Positions 39,065 through 51,625 of a DNA stretch of 64,000 nucleotides are shown here, piece after piece; within the stretch, counting starts at the first letter, position 1, and every line of letters starts with the position of its first letter. Below the pieces are notes generated by a model, which was given only the letters and a program-made list of their open reading frames with translations, searched no databases and had not been told where the DNA came from. Both the position numbers and the translations under genes were made by a program. Origin of the DNA: Antechinus flavipes (Eukaryota); contig NC_067398.1 of assembly GCF_016432865.1 (NCBI RefSeq), forward strand, positions 81,282,001-81,346,000, written 5' to 3'.

Positions 39065-40661
39065 CGGCCCCCGCGGGCTAAGCCATGGCCCTGGGCATCC
39101 CAGTGGCTGGGGGGAGCCCGGGCGTCCGGGGGAGGGAAAACCAAGAGAGTGGAGCCGAGTTCCAGGTCTGTGCCCTCCCCTCACCTGGGGAGACCAAGGA
39201 AAGTGATACCGGGGGGAGGGTTCTGGGTTCGGGATTCAGTTCTGATACTCACAAAGCTTTGTGATCTTAGACAACTTGCCCGGTCTCTCTGGACCTCAGT
39301 CTCCTTATCTGTAAAAGGGGGGGTGGGCTGCTGGGTCTGGAGCCCACGTTCCCCTTCCTCCTGCATCCACGGCCCCAGCCCCCCGCTGCCCGGGCTCCAG
39401 GGGGAGATCTCACCTCACGCCCTGGCCGGGAGGCGGCGAGTCCCTGGGGGACGGGTCCCCCGAGCCGGGCGTGCGACAGGCCAGGCCGGGCCTCTGCCCG
39501 GGGCTGCGGCTGCTCTTCCCCGGAGATGGCACAGGCTGTCACTCTTGGCGCTGCCCTTTAAAGACCGCGCAGTCCCTGGGGGGCTGGGGAGCCGCCCCTG
39601 GGTCCTAGCAGCAGCCTGCCAGCCCTGCTTCCAGTGGCAGATGTCCGTTAGCTCTGCAGACATCATCCTTTGGGAAGAGGGGGAGCAGGTCGGCCCAATC
39701 AGAACCACGGACCCTGAGAATCGGACGGGTCCCAGAACGCCTGGTCCTGCACCTGGACAGGAAGTTCTTGACCCTGGCTCCAGGGGGGTTTATACCTTCC
39801 CTCGGACACCTCTGGGGACAGGGAACTCCTCCCTCCGCAGCCCCTTCCATAGTCAGGACGTTTTCCTTCCTGCTGAGCGGGAACTGGCTCCCTGTAACTT
39901 CTCTGGGACAAGGGGCGCAGACCCTGCCCTTCTCCCCGGAGACCGCTTGAAGCTGAGCCCGGCCTGCTCTTCTCCAGGACCTCCCGAGGGCCTCCTTGGG
40001 AGCTCGTCCCCTCCCCCCGTCTGCGCCGAGGGCCCGTTATCCCCTGGGAAGACCGCACGAGAGGGGGAAGCCCTCAGCAGGGCACAGAGACTGCCGACCA
40101 AACCCAAGCAAGCGTTATCGTGCCCCAGACGCCCGGGGGAGACGGGGTCATTCGGTCCTGCCCGAGGCTCCCCCAATGAACCCGTTGCCAAGCATTTATC
40201 GGCCACCTTCTCCGTGCCAGGCCTGGGGCTTGGGGCCCCGAGTGAGACAGGCTTTCCCCTCGAGCTGTCAGATGGAGGAGGGATAAGGTCTGGGCAGGAG
40301 GGGGTCCTCAGCTCCCCTCGGCCCAACTCAAGGACGCAGCAAACTGGGGACAAAAGCTGGGCGGACGGGAGAGACCGACTGCTTCCCCGGGAGGATCCCC
40401 AGCTCCCTGTCCCAGGGAGTTGGAGCGGGAATGGCCCTTAACCGTGATTTAATCCATCTCCCTCCCCCCTTCTCGCAGATAAGAAATCTGAGGCGCAGGG
40501 ATTGGCGGTGACTTGTTCACACAGGTGGGGACCGAGCCCACACTCGATTCCGAATCCGGCTCGGGGCACTGCCCGCCGCACAGGGCCCCAGCCCCCGGCC
40601 CAGCAGCCTCACTGCCCGCCCCCTGATGGGGAAGCCGCGAGAGGCCATCAGCCGGAAAGAC

Positions 40662-40667
40662 TTTATT
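40662..40667 (-). terminator. Polyadenylation signal of PARP3
   Basis: AATAAA on minus (tttatt on plus), about 70 nt after the stop. Confidence 0.8.
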
Positions 40668-40736
40668 CCTTCCTGCCGTGTTTACAAGAAATGCCCAGGT
40701 CCTGGGCAGAAGGGCCCCGGGGCCCGGCCGGGAAGC

Positions 40737-43700
40737 TCAGAAGTGCAGCTGCAGCAGGTAGCGGAGCCGGCACTGGCTCTCCTTGTAGATCAGGTACTCG
40801 CTCTGGTAGAACGAGGACCCTTTGAAGTCAGGCATGGGCACAGGCGGGCCCTGGGGCACCATCACCTTGTGCCCTTCCAGCTCCAGCGCCACGTCCTGGC
40901 TGGGGTCTGTGGGGGCAAGGCCAGGGAGTCGTTGCCACCTCTGGGCCGGGCAGCCCAGCCCCGGTCGTACCCTGCCCCCGGGCCCGAGCTCCCCTCGGCC
41001 AAACGGGATCTAGAACCGGGGACACCGACCGTGCCCGAGGGCCCAGAAGGGGAAACTGAGGCTCAGGGGCTCCCGGGCCCCCTGACCAAGCCCTCAGCAA
41101 AGCTCCCGGCTCCCCGCCGCCCCGCCCTGCCTTTGTCTCCCCCACACCTCCCTCATTTCTGACCTCATGAGAGTCATTTCAACTACGATAAAATCAATGA
41201 AGAGAAGAATCAGTCAAATGCAGCATCATTACAGCGACCCCTGCCCACTCCCTGAGAGAAAGCTGGCGCCGCCCTCCCTGGGGAGGGCGCTGGGGGTGGG
41301 GGTCTGCGCCCGCCAGCATGGGCTCTGCTCCGTTTTCTGTCAGTGGGCGAGGGGAGGGCGGCGTCTCTGAGCCTGCCCCCATCCCCTCCAGGGGAGGCCC
41401 GTGCCAGGGGAGGGTGTACCAATGCTTTTGGTCTCCAAGCTCAGGCCCCTCTGTGACCTTCTGGGCCCGGCTCCGGGGCCCTCCCAGACCCAGCCGGGGG
41501 AGGGGGGAAGGGGGGCACTCACCGGGCTCCGTGTGGCCCTGGGCGATGATGCTGTGGAAGCCGGGGGGCGGCTGCCGGAGGCTGCAGTCGTCCTGCGTGA
41601 TGCGGTGCTCCTGGCCCAGGGCCACCTCGCTCAGGAACATGAGGCCGATTTTTTGAGAGGTGCAGCCCACTGCGGGACAGGGCCGGGTCAGGGCGCGCGG
41701 GGGAGGGTGGGGGAGGGCGGGGATAAGCGGGGGATGGGGGCAGTGCCGGCCAGGTCAGGCCCCACCTGGGCCCACGGGGGGAGGGGGGCAGGGAGATGGG
41801 GAGCAGTGCCGGCCGGGTCAGGCCCCACCTGGGCCCACGGGGGGTGGGGGGCAGGGAGATGGGGGCAGTGCCGGCCGGGTCAGGCCCCACCTGGCCCGGG
41901 GGGGGCAGGGGGATGAGGGGCAGTGCCGGCCGGTCAGGCCCCACCTGGGCCCACGGGGGGAGGGGGGCGGGGAGATGGGGGCAGTGCCGCCAGGTCAGGC
42001 CCCACCTGGGCCCACGGGGGGTGGGGGGGCAGGGAGATGGGGGGCAGTGCCGGCCAGGTCAGGCCGCCCTCTCCCCCGTGGGGCCCTGCAGGCGAGGCTG
42101 GGAAGGGCCGGGAGTCCCGGCCCCGTGGGTCCTGGCAGGGCCCGGAGCAAGGGCTGGGTGGGGAAGCTTGGGGGCCCCTGGCGGGTCCCTTGCCCCCCAG
42201 TTTTCCTCTTACTCTCCCACAGAGATAACGCTCCCAGCTGGGGGAGGGGGCTGAGGAGCAGGGCTCTGAGAACCAGCTGGCTGTTCACTCCTTCAACCAG
42301 TGACTGTCGATGACCCGCAAGGCCCAGAGGCTGGGCTCAGTCCTGCCTTCGGGAGGTGACCGAGGGGTGCAGAGCGGCCTCGTGCCTCGGGAGACCCCCC
42401 TTCCGGGCGGGCAGGGCCCCGGACTCCCCTCAGGCGCCCCAGACTGGCTACAGCTGAGCCGCCGTCAGGATGAAGGAGCTGGGGGGAGGGGGCTGGGCCG
42501 GGGCAGGGCCCTCTCACCGTAACAAGCAGACTTGCTGTTCTCGGAAGCGAAGTAGATGCCCTGGCCCACGCGCCCGCCCGAGTGGGGCATGATCCGGAGG
42601 CCGCTCTTGAGGATGGCGGCCACCACGGCCACGTTGGTGCCGTGCCACAGCAGGCGCCGGTTCTCCAGGTCCGTGTGGGCCCGGAACCGCTCCCCCTGGA
42701 ACACCGGGGACCCGGGGTCTGAGGCCTGGAGGGCCTGGGCCCTCACCGCCCCCCAAGGAGCAGGGTCACTGTCCCTCCCTGGGCCGGCTTCCCCCTCGCG
42801 AGGCGCTGGCTGCCTGGGGAGTCCCTGCCGGCGCAGTCTGGGGTCCCGCTGGGAATGGGCTGCAGGAGCTGAAGCTTTTGGCAGAGCTTCAGAGACAGGA
42901 GGCGACCCCTCCCCGGGGCTGAGGGAAGGCCGCGGGCCGACTCCCCTCACCTCTCCCTCGCGGTTGATTTTCCAGACGTGGAGGAGGCGGAGATGAGGCC
43001 ATCCTGTCTTCTTCAGGTAGATTTCAATCAGCTGTGGAGAGAAGGGGAGAAAGCTGAGGCTGCGGAAGCGGGGAAGGGGGGAGAGCTGAGGGTCTGCAGG
43101 GGGGTGGGCTGGCAGAAAGAGCCCGCCTCCAAGGGCGGCCACGGCCGGCTGGCCCAACGTCTGCTTGGCGGTGAGGGCGTCTGGCGGCAGCTGCGGTAAA
43201 TACAAACCCCGTGGAGTCCCAGAGCCAGCGCCCAAGGACTTTCAAGCCCCACAGCCAGCCTCCTCTCGCCGCCCAGGAGGCCCGGAGGGCCGGCACTTGC
43301 TGGGGGGGCTCGGGAGAAGGCCGGAACCCGGCTCTTGGAATCCCCAGCCAAGACCTCCCTTGCCACTGTCCAAAGCTGAGCATTTTGGGCAGAGAGGAGA
43401 GAGAATGGGAGCACTGCCGGCTCGGGTACCTCCTTTGGGCCTGGGCGGGGACCCCCGCCCTGGGCTGCCCCCGCACCTTGTACTCGTGAGTGTCGGTGGC
43501 CAGGAGCTGCAGCTGGCATTTCAGGAGCCCGTAATCACGGTCCAGCGGGTGGGGCACTTCTTCCACCTTGACCTTCTGCTGCTCCTCCTCCTGTCCAGCC
43601 TTCAGGGCCTGCGCCATCTCAATGTCAGCCAGGACCTGGGAGGAAGTATAGCTTGGCAGCCGGGGCCCATGTTCTGCCCCTCTCTCCTACCATCCTCTCG

Positions 43701-46700
43701 GCCCACCGCGTCCTCTCTGCCTCTCTCGGTTTCCTACCATATTTCTCTCCATCTCTCATTTGACTCTCTCTGGTTGTTGCTTCTGTGGCTCTTCTACCTT
43801 TCTTGTCATGTCTGTCTCCTACAGCCTGTCCGTCCCCCCATATTTCTACCTGTCTTCCCATCCATCTGTCCCCTTATCTCTCAATCCCTGTCCATCTGCC
43901 TCCCCCACCTCCATCCGTCTCCCCTTTGTCTGTCTGCCCCTTATATGCCTACCACCCCCGTCTGGCTTTCCATTCCCATCCGTCTGTCTCCAGTCCTGTC
44001 CGTCTGTCCCTCCCCCAGGCCATCCCTCTGATTCTCACCAACAGCATGTCCTTCTTGGCCTGGAGGACCTCCTGGGAGTTGACGGGCGGGGGCCGGCTTC
44101 GGCCAAAGTTATGGGGGATGATTGTGTAGAAGCGGGAGGACAGTTCCTCCAGCTCTTTTGCATCTGCGCTCTTCTGTAGGGCAGCCTCTAGGGCCTCCAA
44201 GGCCTCAAAGCCCTTGGCAATCTGTTGCTTGCTCAGCTTTCCCAAGGGCATCTTCTTAACATCTATGTAACAGGCAGGGGTAGGAGAAGGAGCAGGAAGA
44301 AGCACAGGCCCGGAGGGAGAGCGGTCTCCAGACTCTTTCCCCCTTAGCTATCCCTTCCCCAAGCTTCTCCCTCCCTGTTCTTACCAAGGTTCATGGTCTT
44401 CATTGCGTCATTGAACATGTCATGGCTGAAAATGAGGGACACCAGTTCCTGGGTGGCTGAATCCAGGGTACAGGGCTTGACCTTCTGCCGAACAGCCTGA
44501 GCCCCGTCCACTCTGTCCACCTGGGGAGGAGAAGAACCCAGCAGCTAGGGCCTCCCTCGGTAGGACGACACAGGGTCCCTGAAGGCTGACTCACATAGCT
44601 GCAACAGCCTCCTTTCTCTACTGCCTTAAGGTTTACAAAGTCTTTCCTGGACAACAGCTATGGGAGGCAGAGTGTGCGAAGACTACCATTTTTTTTAATA
44701 GAGGAAGAAACTGAAGCCCCTGCCCTAACCACAGAGTCCTCCTGCTGCCTGGTCTCTCCTCATTTCTAAGGGGGTGGGGGGAGGCACCCACGATCACCGT
44801 CCAGGACGTAAGGTCCAAGCTGCACAGGCCAGCATCCAAGGCCTTCGGTTCTCGGCTCCCACTAACTTCTCTGGCGTCTTCCCCATCTCCTTGCTAAAGA
44901 AAGACGGTACAAGCAGCCCCCTTTTCTACTTCACTTAACAACTACAGAGCCCTTTACTTCCGGCAGCTCTGGTCAGGGGCAGCATTGTCTCTCAAAGCTG
45001 AGCCAGGAATGGGCTCTGGAAAAGCTTCTTCAGCCGCTGATGTGCCTGGTCCAGGTTCCAAGTGGGGAGCTCTCATTCATGCCCAGCCCCTCCCTTGTGC
45101 CCCCTGCCCAAGTGGATCTGAAGAAAACAGAAAATCCTTCCTTTCCTTTCCCCTTCCTCTGAGGCTATAATTTCCTGTGCTGTAGACCCAGAGAAGTTAA
45201 AGCAGGAAGGGACCTTGGAGATCACCTATCTAACCTCATTTTACAGAGGCAGACAGAGGCCCAGAGAAAGGAAATGGCTTGCCCGGGATTACCCAGCTAG
45301 TAAATTAAAAAGACAGAATCTGAATCCAGGTTTGTTTGTTTTTGACATTTACTCTTGGAATAAGATGGGGAAATAAAACCCAGCAGTTGTTTTATCACTG
45401 ATAGAGATCTCCCCACATTTGCCCAGAGAGAGCGTGGGCCGCGCCAGGCCCACCTCCTCATCCGGTTTTCTCAGCCACGCTGCCTAGAGCTCCTCCCGTG
45501 GAAGCCCCCGATGCAGGGCCAGAGTAACCTTCTGACCACCCCACTTGAGCAGTGGGTGGCCCTGGCTCTGCAGCCTCCCGGGACTCGCTACAGACAGCTT
45601 CCTCCACCTTTCCTCCCAGCTCTCCTGTGTGGGCTCTGGCTCCCCTACAACGAGGATGATTCTCCCATCCATCCTTTAAGTTTTCCTGCTTCTGTCCGAG
45701 GGTTCATGCCTCTCCTCTCCACCCCGAATGTCCTCCTGCCACGGCTGCTGTCCCTCCTTCCCGGTCCATCTCTAACATCACCTCCTTTAGGAAGCCTGCC
45801 CTGATGCCATTCAGCAAGAAGAAAAAAGGCCTTTCCTACTTCTGAATGGCCACAGAACTGTGGCTGGCTTTCTCCAGTGTCACAATCTCCCTTCCTGTGT
45901 AATACTCTGTATCCATTGATCCCCTCTGCAGAGAGCGAATTGGGGGACGTTGGTCTCTGTTCCTTCTTGGCTCGCCTCAGCAGAATCCCATACAGAGGAG
46001 TTCAGGAAATGTTTGGTGAATGAGTGAAAGAGGAAGAGGCAGAAGGGAAGGGAATAGATCAGACAGGATCCCACAGCCCTGCAGAACTGTGCAGTATGCC
46101 TTAATCATACCAGAACTCATTCTTCCCAAAAGAACATTTTGCACCCCACCCTTTTATTCCACAGATCCTAGATTCTTAGCACTGGGAGAGGCCTCAGAGA
46201 TCAAAAAGAGTCCCAGCCTGTCGGAGCCAGGAGGAACCTTTGACATGATTGAGTCCAATCTCATTTTTCCTAAGAGGAAAATAAGATCCAGAGCGAAGAA
46301 CAGTTCCCATAGTCAATGAACAGCAGAATCAGCATTTGAACCCAGGTGTTCTGCCTCCAAGCCCAAAGCTCCTTGTGGTGAGTCCATTTTACAGCCTCCC
46401 TAGCTGCCATTTAGACAGTGGTAAAAGACCCTCAGCGACAGGGATCTCACTACTCTTTGGGGCAGCCTATTCCTCTGCTGGATCATTCTATTCATTAGAA
46501 AATACTTGCACAAAACTGCAGAAAAAAGTGGAAGACAGTTTGGCAAAAAATTAGGTTTCAATCAGTACCTTCCAAAGTCTACCACAGTTAAGTAACAAAT
46601 GGCCACTCGCTTTAAGTGAAAGGCTAGTAAGTTCTCCGAATCTGCAGGATGAATGGCAGGACCAGGCCCGAAATAGCCCAATAGATTGTCATTTTATAAG

Positions 46701-49700
46701 CTCCAGGATGGGGCCTAAGTACCTTCCGAATTGTGGGAGAATGGAACCTGTAAGAAGGATCCTCTGAAGAGACCAACTCCCAGTACCCTGGGCTTGTAAC
46801 CATAAAACAGAGCTGGGGATCAGGACATGCAAAAGTCAGTGCAAGGGAGACATTTACCCAGGAAAAACTGGGGAAAGAAAAAGACTTTCTCTGATTGACC
46901 TCAGAAGGCCAAACAAGGAACAGTGGAAGGAAGCTGAAGATTCAGAGGAACATGACAGTGGTCTTCAAGTGTTTGAAGGGCCATCATGAGGAGGAAGAAT
47001 TAGTTTTGGGAGGTCCAAGGACAAGGAGCAATAAGGTAAATTTGGGCTGCCTGCTGAGTGACCCCAAAGTAGAAGAGGCTGCTTTGCTTCTGGGAGTTTC
47101 ATTCTCTTTGCCGCAGTGTCTGCCCAGCTCAGAGCCTGACACATGGCAGGTGTTTATACATCATGATGATTGGGTGTCTGGGGCAAGGTGGAACTCCCTC
47201 TCACTGGGGGCCAGAGAATCCCAGATTTGGGGCTGAATGAGGATTCAGAGGCCATTTCATTCAACCTTTTACAGATGAGAAAACTGAGGCCAGGAAAGGT
47301 CAAGTAACAAGAGGAAGATCAAAGCCAGGAGTTGATTCTACCCCTGCCCCCAGGGACACCCCATTCCCACTGTGCCACATGGAGGCTGGTTGGGTGTGCA
47401 CGTATGGTACTGTATGGAGTCGGGATGCCAGATTTCTGCTCTCCTCAGTAGATGCTCAGACATCCCTTTCCACTCTGAGATCCCATAACAGTGGAATAAT
47501 AGCCACATACAACTCAGCGGATGAACTCGTTAACTCCTCTACCTCCATTCTTACTCCGGGATCCAGCCAGAGTCTAAATATTGAACTCCACAAGGCTTTC
47601 TGTATCTCTAGTAGGTTTTCAGTAGTTCTGGGCAAGGTCTGACGCTCCTTGTGCTCAAAGGCAAAGTCATGAGGCCGAGGTCAGAGAAGCTGGTTCCAGG
47701 CCCAGCTTGGCCGCGGTTGGCTTTGTGAGTTTGGACAAGGCCCTCCCCTTCTCCCTGGCTGTGTTTCCTCTCCTGTAAAAGGAGAAGCTTGGACACTAGG
47801 TGATCCCTAGGATGCTTTTGAAGGAGCCTGCAATCCTTTATTTCATTTTGTCCCAGGAGGACTTGAGAGGGAACCAGGGGTGTGCTAAAGCCAACGTGAC
47901 TGTGATTGTTAAATTTTTCAGGGTGAGCACTTATACCTTGAGAATGAGCAAACTACAAATCAGGACGAGATTTCTTATTTTGTTGTTGTGAGGACTCTTA
48001 CAAGAAAGTGATGGAGAAAAGAATAATGCCATTGAAATTTCAAAATGTCCTGGATTTTTTGGAGAGCTGGTTGTTAAATATTAAGCAGCACCCTTCACGA
48101 CAGTGGCTCCAGAAGCTTGGCAACAGGCCGAGAGAAGAGCAGAAGTTCTCCCGTGGCAGGCAGTAATTGAGGAGATGGGCTAGTCCAAGTAAGTAAAGGA
48201 GACTTGTCTTATCCTCTCTCTCTTTTACCTCCCTAACATCTCTTTCATCATCCCTCCTTCTCTTCCCCAACAAGCCTCTACCGCAGTTCAGAGCTTCCTA
48301 ACTGCTTCCCTGACTCTAGATTCTCTCCTCTCCAGTCCGTCTACACAACTGCCAAATGGATAATCCTGAAACACAGAGCTGACCACCACTTCTCTACTCA
48401 AAGATCTTCAGTGGTTCCCTATTGCCTTTGCCCTCAGCTGGTCATTTAGAACTCCCGGTCTGCTCTTGAGTTCTAATGACACATTGTTCCCTTTCACCAC
48501 TGTCTGTGCCAGCCAGACCGGCCTGTTAGCTCTTCTCCACTTCCATCATTGCATCCTTTGGGGGGAGGGGGGCTGCTCTTCTGAAATGAACTTCCTACCC
48601 ACTTTCACCCCTTCCTTAGCTTCCTTTAGAGCGGGGCTCAGGGAATCCTTTCCTCTGGCCCTTCCTTTTAGCATCCCTTAGCATTCCCTGGGGGAGCTGG
48701 ACCCAGGTGCCTCTGGAGGAGAGAGTGAGGCTGCTGATTTTGCACAGCTCTGCTCACTTAAATCCAATTCACTTGCAAGTCAAGACATGGCCCTCCTGAT
48801 GTCACTGGTCCCCTTTGAGAAAGAAAGACCGAAAATAACATCCATCTCCTAGCTTTAGCATCCTTTCCCTCCTGAGAGCACTTTGAATTATTCATCTCTC
48901 TGGTTTATGCCTAGGAGCCCAGGTAAACCTGGGGACAAAAAGGGCGGGCAGTCAGTGGCCCCCATGCCATGCCTGGGGGGCAGGGCCTGCCGCGGTCAGA
49001 GGGGACAGGAGGTACAGGGAGAGTAACACGTGCTGGTCTCTTTAGCCAATTCTGCAATTCGGTTTAGTAGATCAAACAACCATTTATGAAGGGCCTTCTG
49101 TGTGCCAAGCCCTGTGCTAAGCACTCGGGATTCAAAGTAAAAAATGAAAGTCTTGGTCTCAAAGAGCTTCTATTCTATGAGTTTTCTTCCTGGCAGGAAG
49201 AGAAGAGAGTCTCCTCCACGGGGCAGGGGACCCCGGTTTCCCCCTATCTCTACTGGGGCCCCAGCTCCCACTGGAGTGAGTCACAGGACCCTCCCAAACC
49301 AATGTACTCTGTCGGAGCTGCGCAGGAGTCCGATCTCCCCCCTCTCCCCGGCTCCCTGCCCGGAGCTGGCAGGGCCCGCCAGTCCCCACCTGCAGGCCTC
49401 TGCTCTCCTGGGAAGACCACGGACTAACAGCCCCAGCTCTGTAAGGCCTTAGGAGTACAAAAGCACGTTACACAGGTGGGGGAGGGGGGGGAATCTCGTC
49501 TGAACTTGACCTCTCTGAAGTTGGCTATGACAGGAACTAAGGCTGCAAATGAGAGCTGAGGAAGCTGAGGCTCGGAGGGTCCCGCCCACAGTCCCACCGC
49601 GCCAGGGCAGGATTCAGACCCCGCTTTTCCTGTCTCTAACCCAACCCTCTGGCATCCTGCACATGGCCCGCGCTGCCTTGACAGGAGTGTGCAGGAAGCA

Positions 49701-50860
49701 CTTTGCAAACCTTAGCCCCGAAAGCCTCACCCAGGGACTGCAGGCTGCCCTCGCGCCTTTCACTTTTCAGAAGGGGAAACGGAGGTTGAGAGAAGCCGGG
49801 GCTTGGACCTCTGATCCCCTGACTCTGAGCCTGTCTGGTTCTCTGTACGCGGGCTTGCTTTGCCCCGGCTGGGCCTAGGAAGAGCCCTGGGCCCTGGCAG
49901 GCCCCGAGCCCTTCAGGGCAGACTCCTGGGAAGGACTCACCTTGACCTCAATTTCCTGGCCCTCTTCACCATCACCGGCCTGCACTTCAATGAGCGTATA
50001 CTTGCCCGACTGGGCCACAAAGCTGTCCCGATCAGCCCAGCGGTTCTTGGTTTTGTCCCAGAACTTCTTCTCAAAGTCTCGCTTAGCTTCGTCCAGGGAG
50101 GAGAAACGTTGCAGCTTGGACTGGCCCTTCTCTCCCTGCGCAGAGGAAGGCAGGTGAGGCGCGTGCTCAGGCCCGGGGCTCCTGCCGCCCGCCCAGGGCC
50201 CGGCTTTGTCGGGCACTTACCACACGACCCCAGCGGTTCCAGCTATGGAAGCTGCCGTTCTCATCCAGCAGCTGGATGATGTAGAATTTGTTGTTGTTGC
50301 TCCCTATGTTGGTCTGGTTCAGGGTACAGTCATAGTCCTCGTGCACCTGGGGAGAGAGGCAGAGCAGCCGGGCCTTCGGACGGCCTCCTTTGCCTCTCCT
50401 GCTGTGGGCCTCCTGCCTGACTGGAGGCCTGGAGAGGATCCAGGGGCCCTCGGCTTCCAGGGCTGGGCTCTCCAGCTCTCCCTGCTTTCTAAACTGCCCA
50501 TCCTGGGCTTCAGGGGCTTCTGCCCGTCCTCAATCTCAGGGCCTGCTGGACCCACTGAAGGCAGAGACTGGCAGCTCCCCCTCACCAGTCCCCTCCGCCC
50601 TTTGGCTACTGCTACCCCAGGCCCAGGGCAGAGTCGCTCACCGGCTCTTCAGGGGAGGGAGCCACCCGGGGAGGGACTAGGCTCACCTGGACATTAGGCC
50701 TGCTGCTGAGTGGACACATGGAATCCACCCGAGCTTTTCGTGTCTCCTTGGGTGCAGCTTTAAGGGCCTCCTTGGCCGAGTGGAAGCTGTCCTCCACCTC
50801 TGATTTCTCCTTCTTGGAGCTTCCAGTGCTTTCACTCGCTGCCTTGCGCTTGGGAGCCAT
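40737..50860 (-). CDS. PARP3: Poly(ADP-ribose) polymerase 3 (WGR, regulatory and catalytic domains), 529 aa
   Basis: Ten coding exons: 50860-50687, 50346-50221, 50135-49941, 44520-44385, 44262-44039, 43635-43477, 43031-42951, 42695-42518, 41669-41523 and 40906-40737 (1590 nt, in frame, GT-AG). Motifs: NRWGRVG (WGR), KMPLGKLSKQQI and the catalytic H-Y-E triad (WHGT, GIYF, QSEY). Confidence 0.97.
41733..42065. repeat. About 60-bp G-rich minisatellite, about 5.5 copies, in a PARP3 intron
   Basis: Unit gagatgggggcagtgccggccaggtcaggccccacctgggcccacggggggaggggggcagg, repeated with small indels. Confidence 0.93.
46900..47060 (+). mobile_element. Degraded CR1/L3-like fragment
   Basis: Contains gtggtcttcaagtgtttgaagggccatcatgaggaggaagaattag and aggacaaggagcaataagg, which resemble the L3/CR1 3' end. 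Recognised by pattern only. Confidence 0.45.
48280..48700 (+). mobile_element. LINE-2 3' fragment
   Basis: ctctcctctccagtcc...actgccaaatggataatcctgaaacacagagctgacca...cttcagtggttccctattgcct is typical of L2 3' regions. Confidence 0.5.
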
Positions 50861-51499
50861 TGATGAAGACTGAGGACATAGAGAAGGTGTCCAGAAACTC
50901 CTGCCCCTGCCCTATGAGACCGTGTGGTAGACTGGACAGAGAGCCAGGAAAGTCTGAATCTGAATCCGACCTCAGATGTGGGACAAATGAACAGATTTCT
51001 GAGACAAGATTTCTGGGTAATGGTCAATTTGTTAATTAGGCTAGCTAACAATCAACAAATTGATGGCCAAGGCACTGAATGACAAATTTTTTTTGAAAGG
51101 GAATGCTCCTGACAGGAGAAATTAATACTGATTGATGAACAATTAATGAGGACATGGATATATTAAAGAGAAGTGGGCTAAGAGTCTTCATGGCTAAATC
51201 ATGAGACTCAGATCATGAGACTCAGCCACCCCCGGCAATCTGGATGGAGTAATCCATCTTCGCCAGATCTCCCTGGTCGGTTCCCTTCTTCATGAGTGGG
51301 TCACCCTAAACTCCAGTGGAGGGGTTCAAAAACATGGACTTATTCCCTAAAGGCAAGGAGATAATAAAAATGCCTAGGATAATGAGAATATGGTGGTGGT
51401 AGCTGATATTTAAAAGTTTGCAAGCACTTTACATCATTTTCTCCCCACAATAGTACTGTGAGTTAGGTGTCATCAGCTAAAAAGAATTTCTTGTTTTTG

Positions 51500-51625
51500 G
51501 TTTTTTTAAGTAATGGGGTTAGGTGACTTGCCCAGGATCACCCAATAAGTACCTGAGGCCAAATTTGAACACAAGTCCTCCTGACTTTAGAGGGTGCTCT
51601 AACCACTGCACCTCCTAGCTGCCTC
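51500..51625 (-). mobile_element. WSINE1/Mar1-like SINE
   Basis: gtaatggggttaggtgacttgcccagg...ctgaggccaaatttgaac...ccactgcacctcctagctgcc. Confidence 0.8.

Noticed and set aside
39065-39184. 40-residue N-terminal extension of GPR62 in the ORF track
   Set aside because: It starts at a GTG that coincides with a splice-acceptor boundary. The ATG at 39064 gives the typical MANxT receptor start.
37862-40441. 859-aa plus-strand ORF
   Set aside because: It is antisense to GPR62 in extremely GC-rich DNA where stops are rare, is low-complexity Gly/Pro/Arg and has no recognisable domain.
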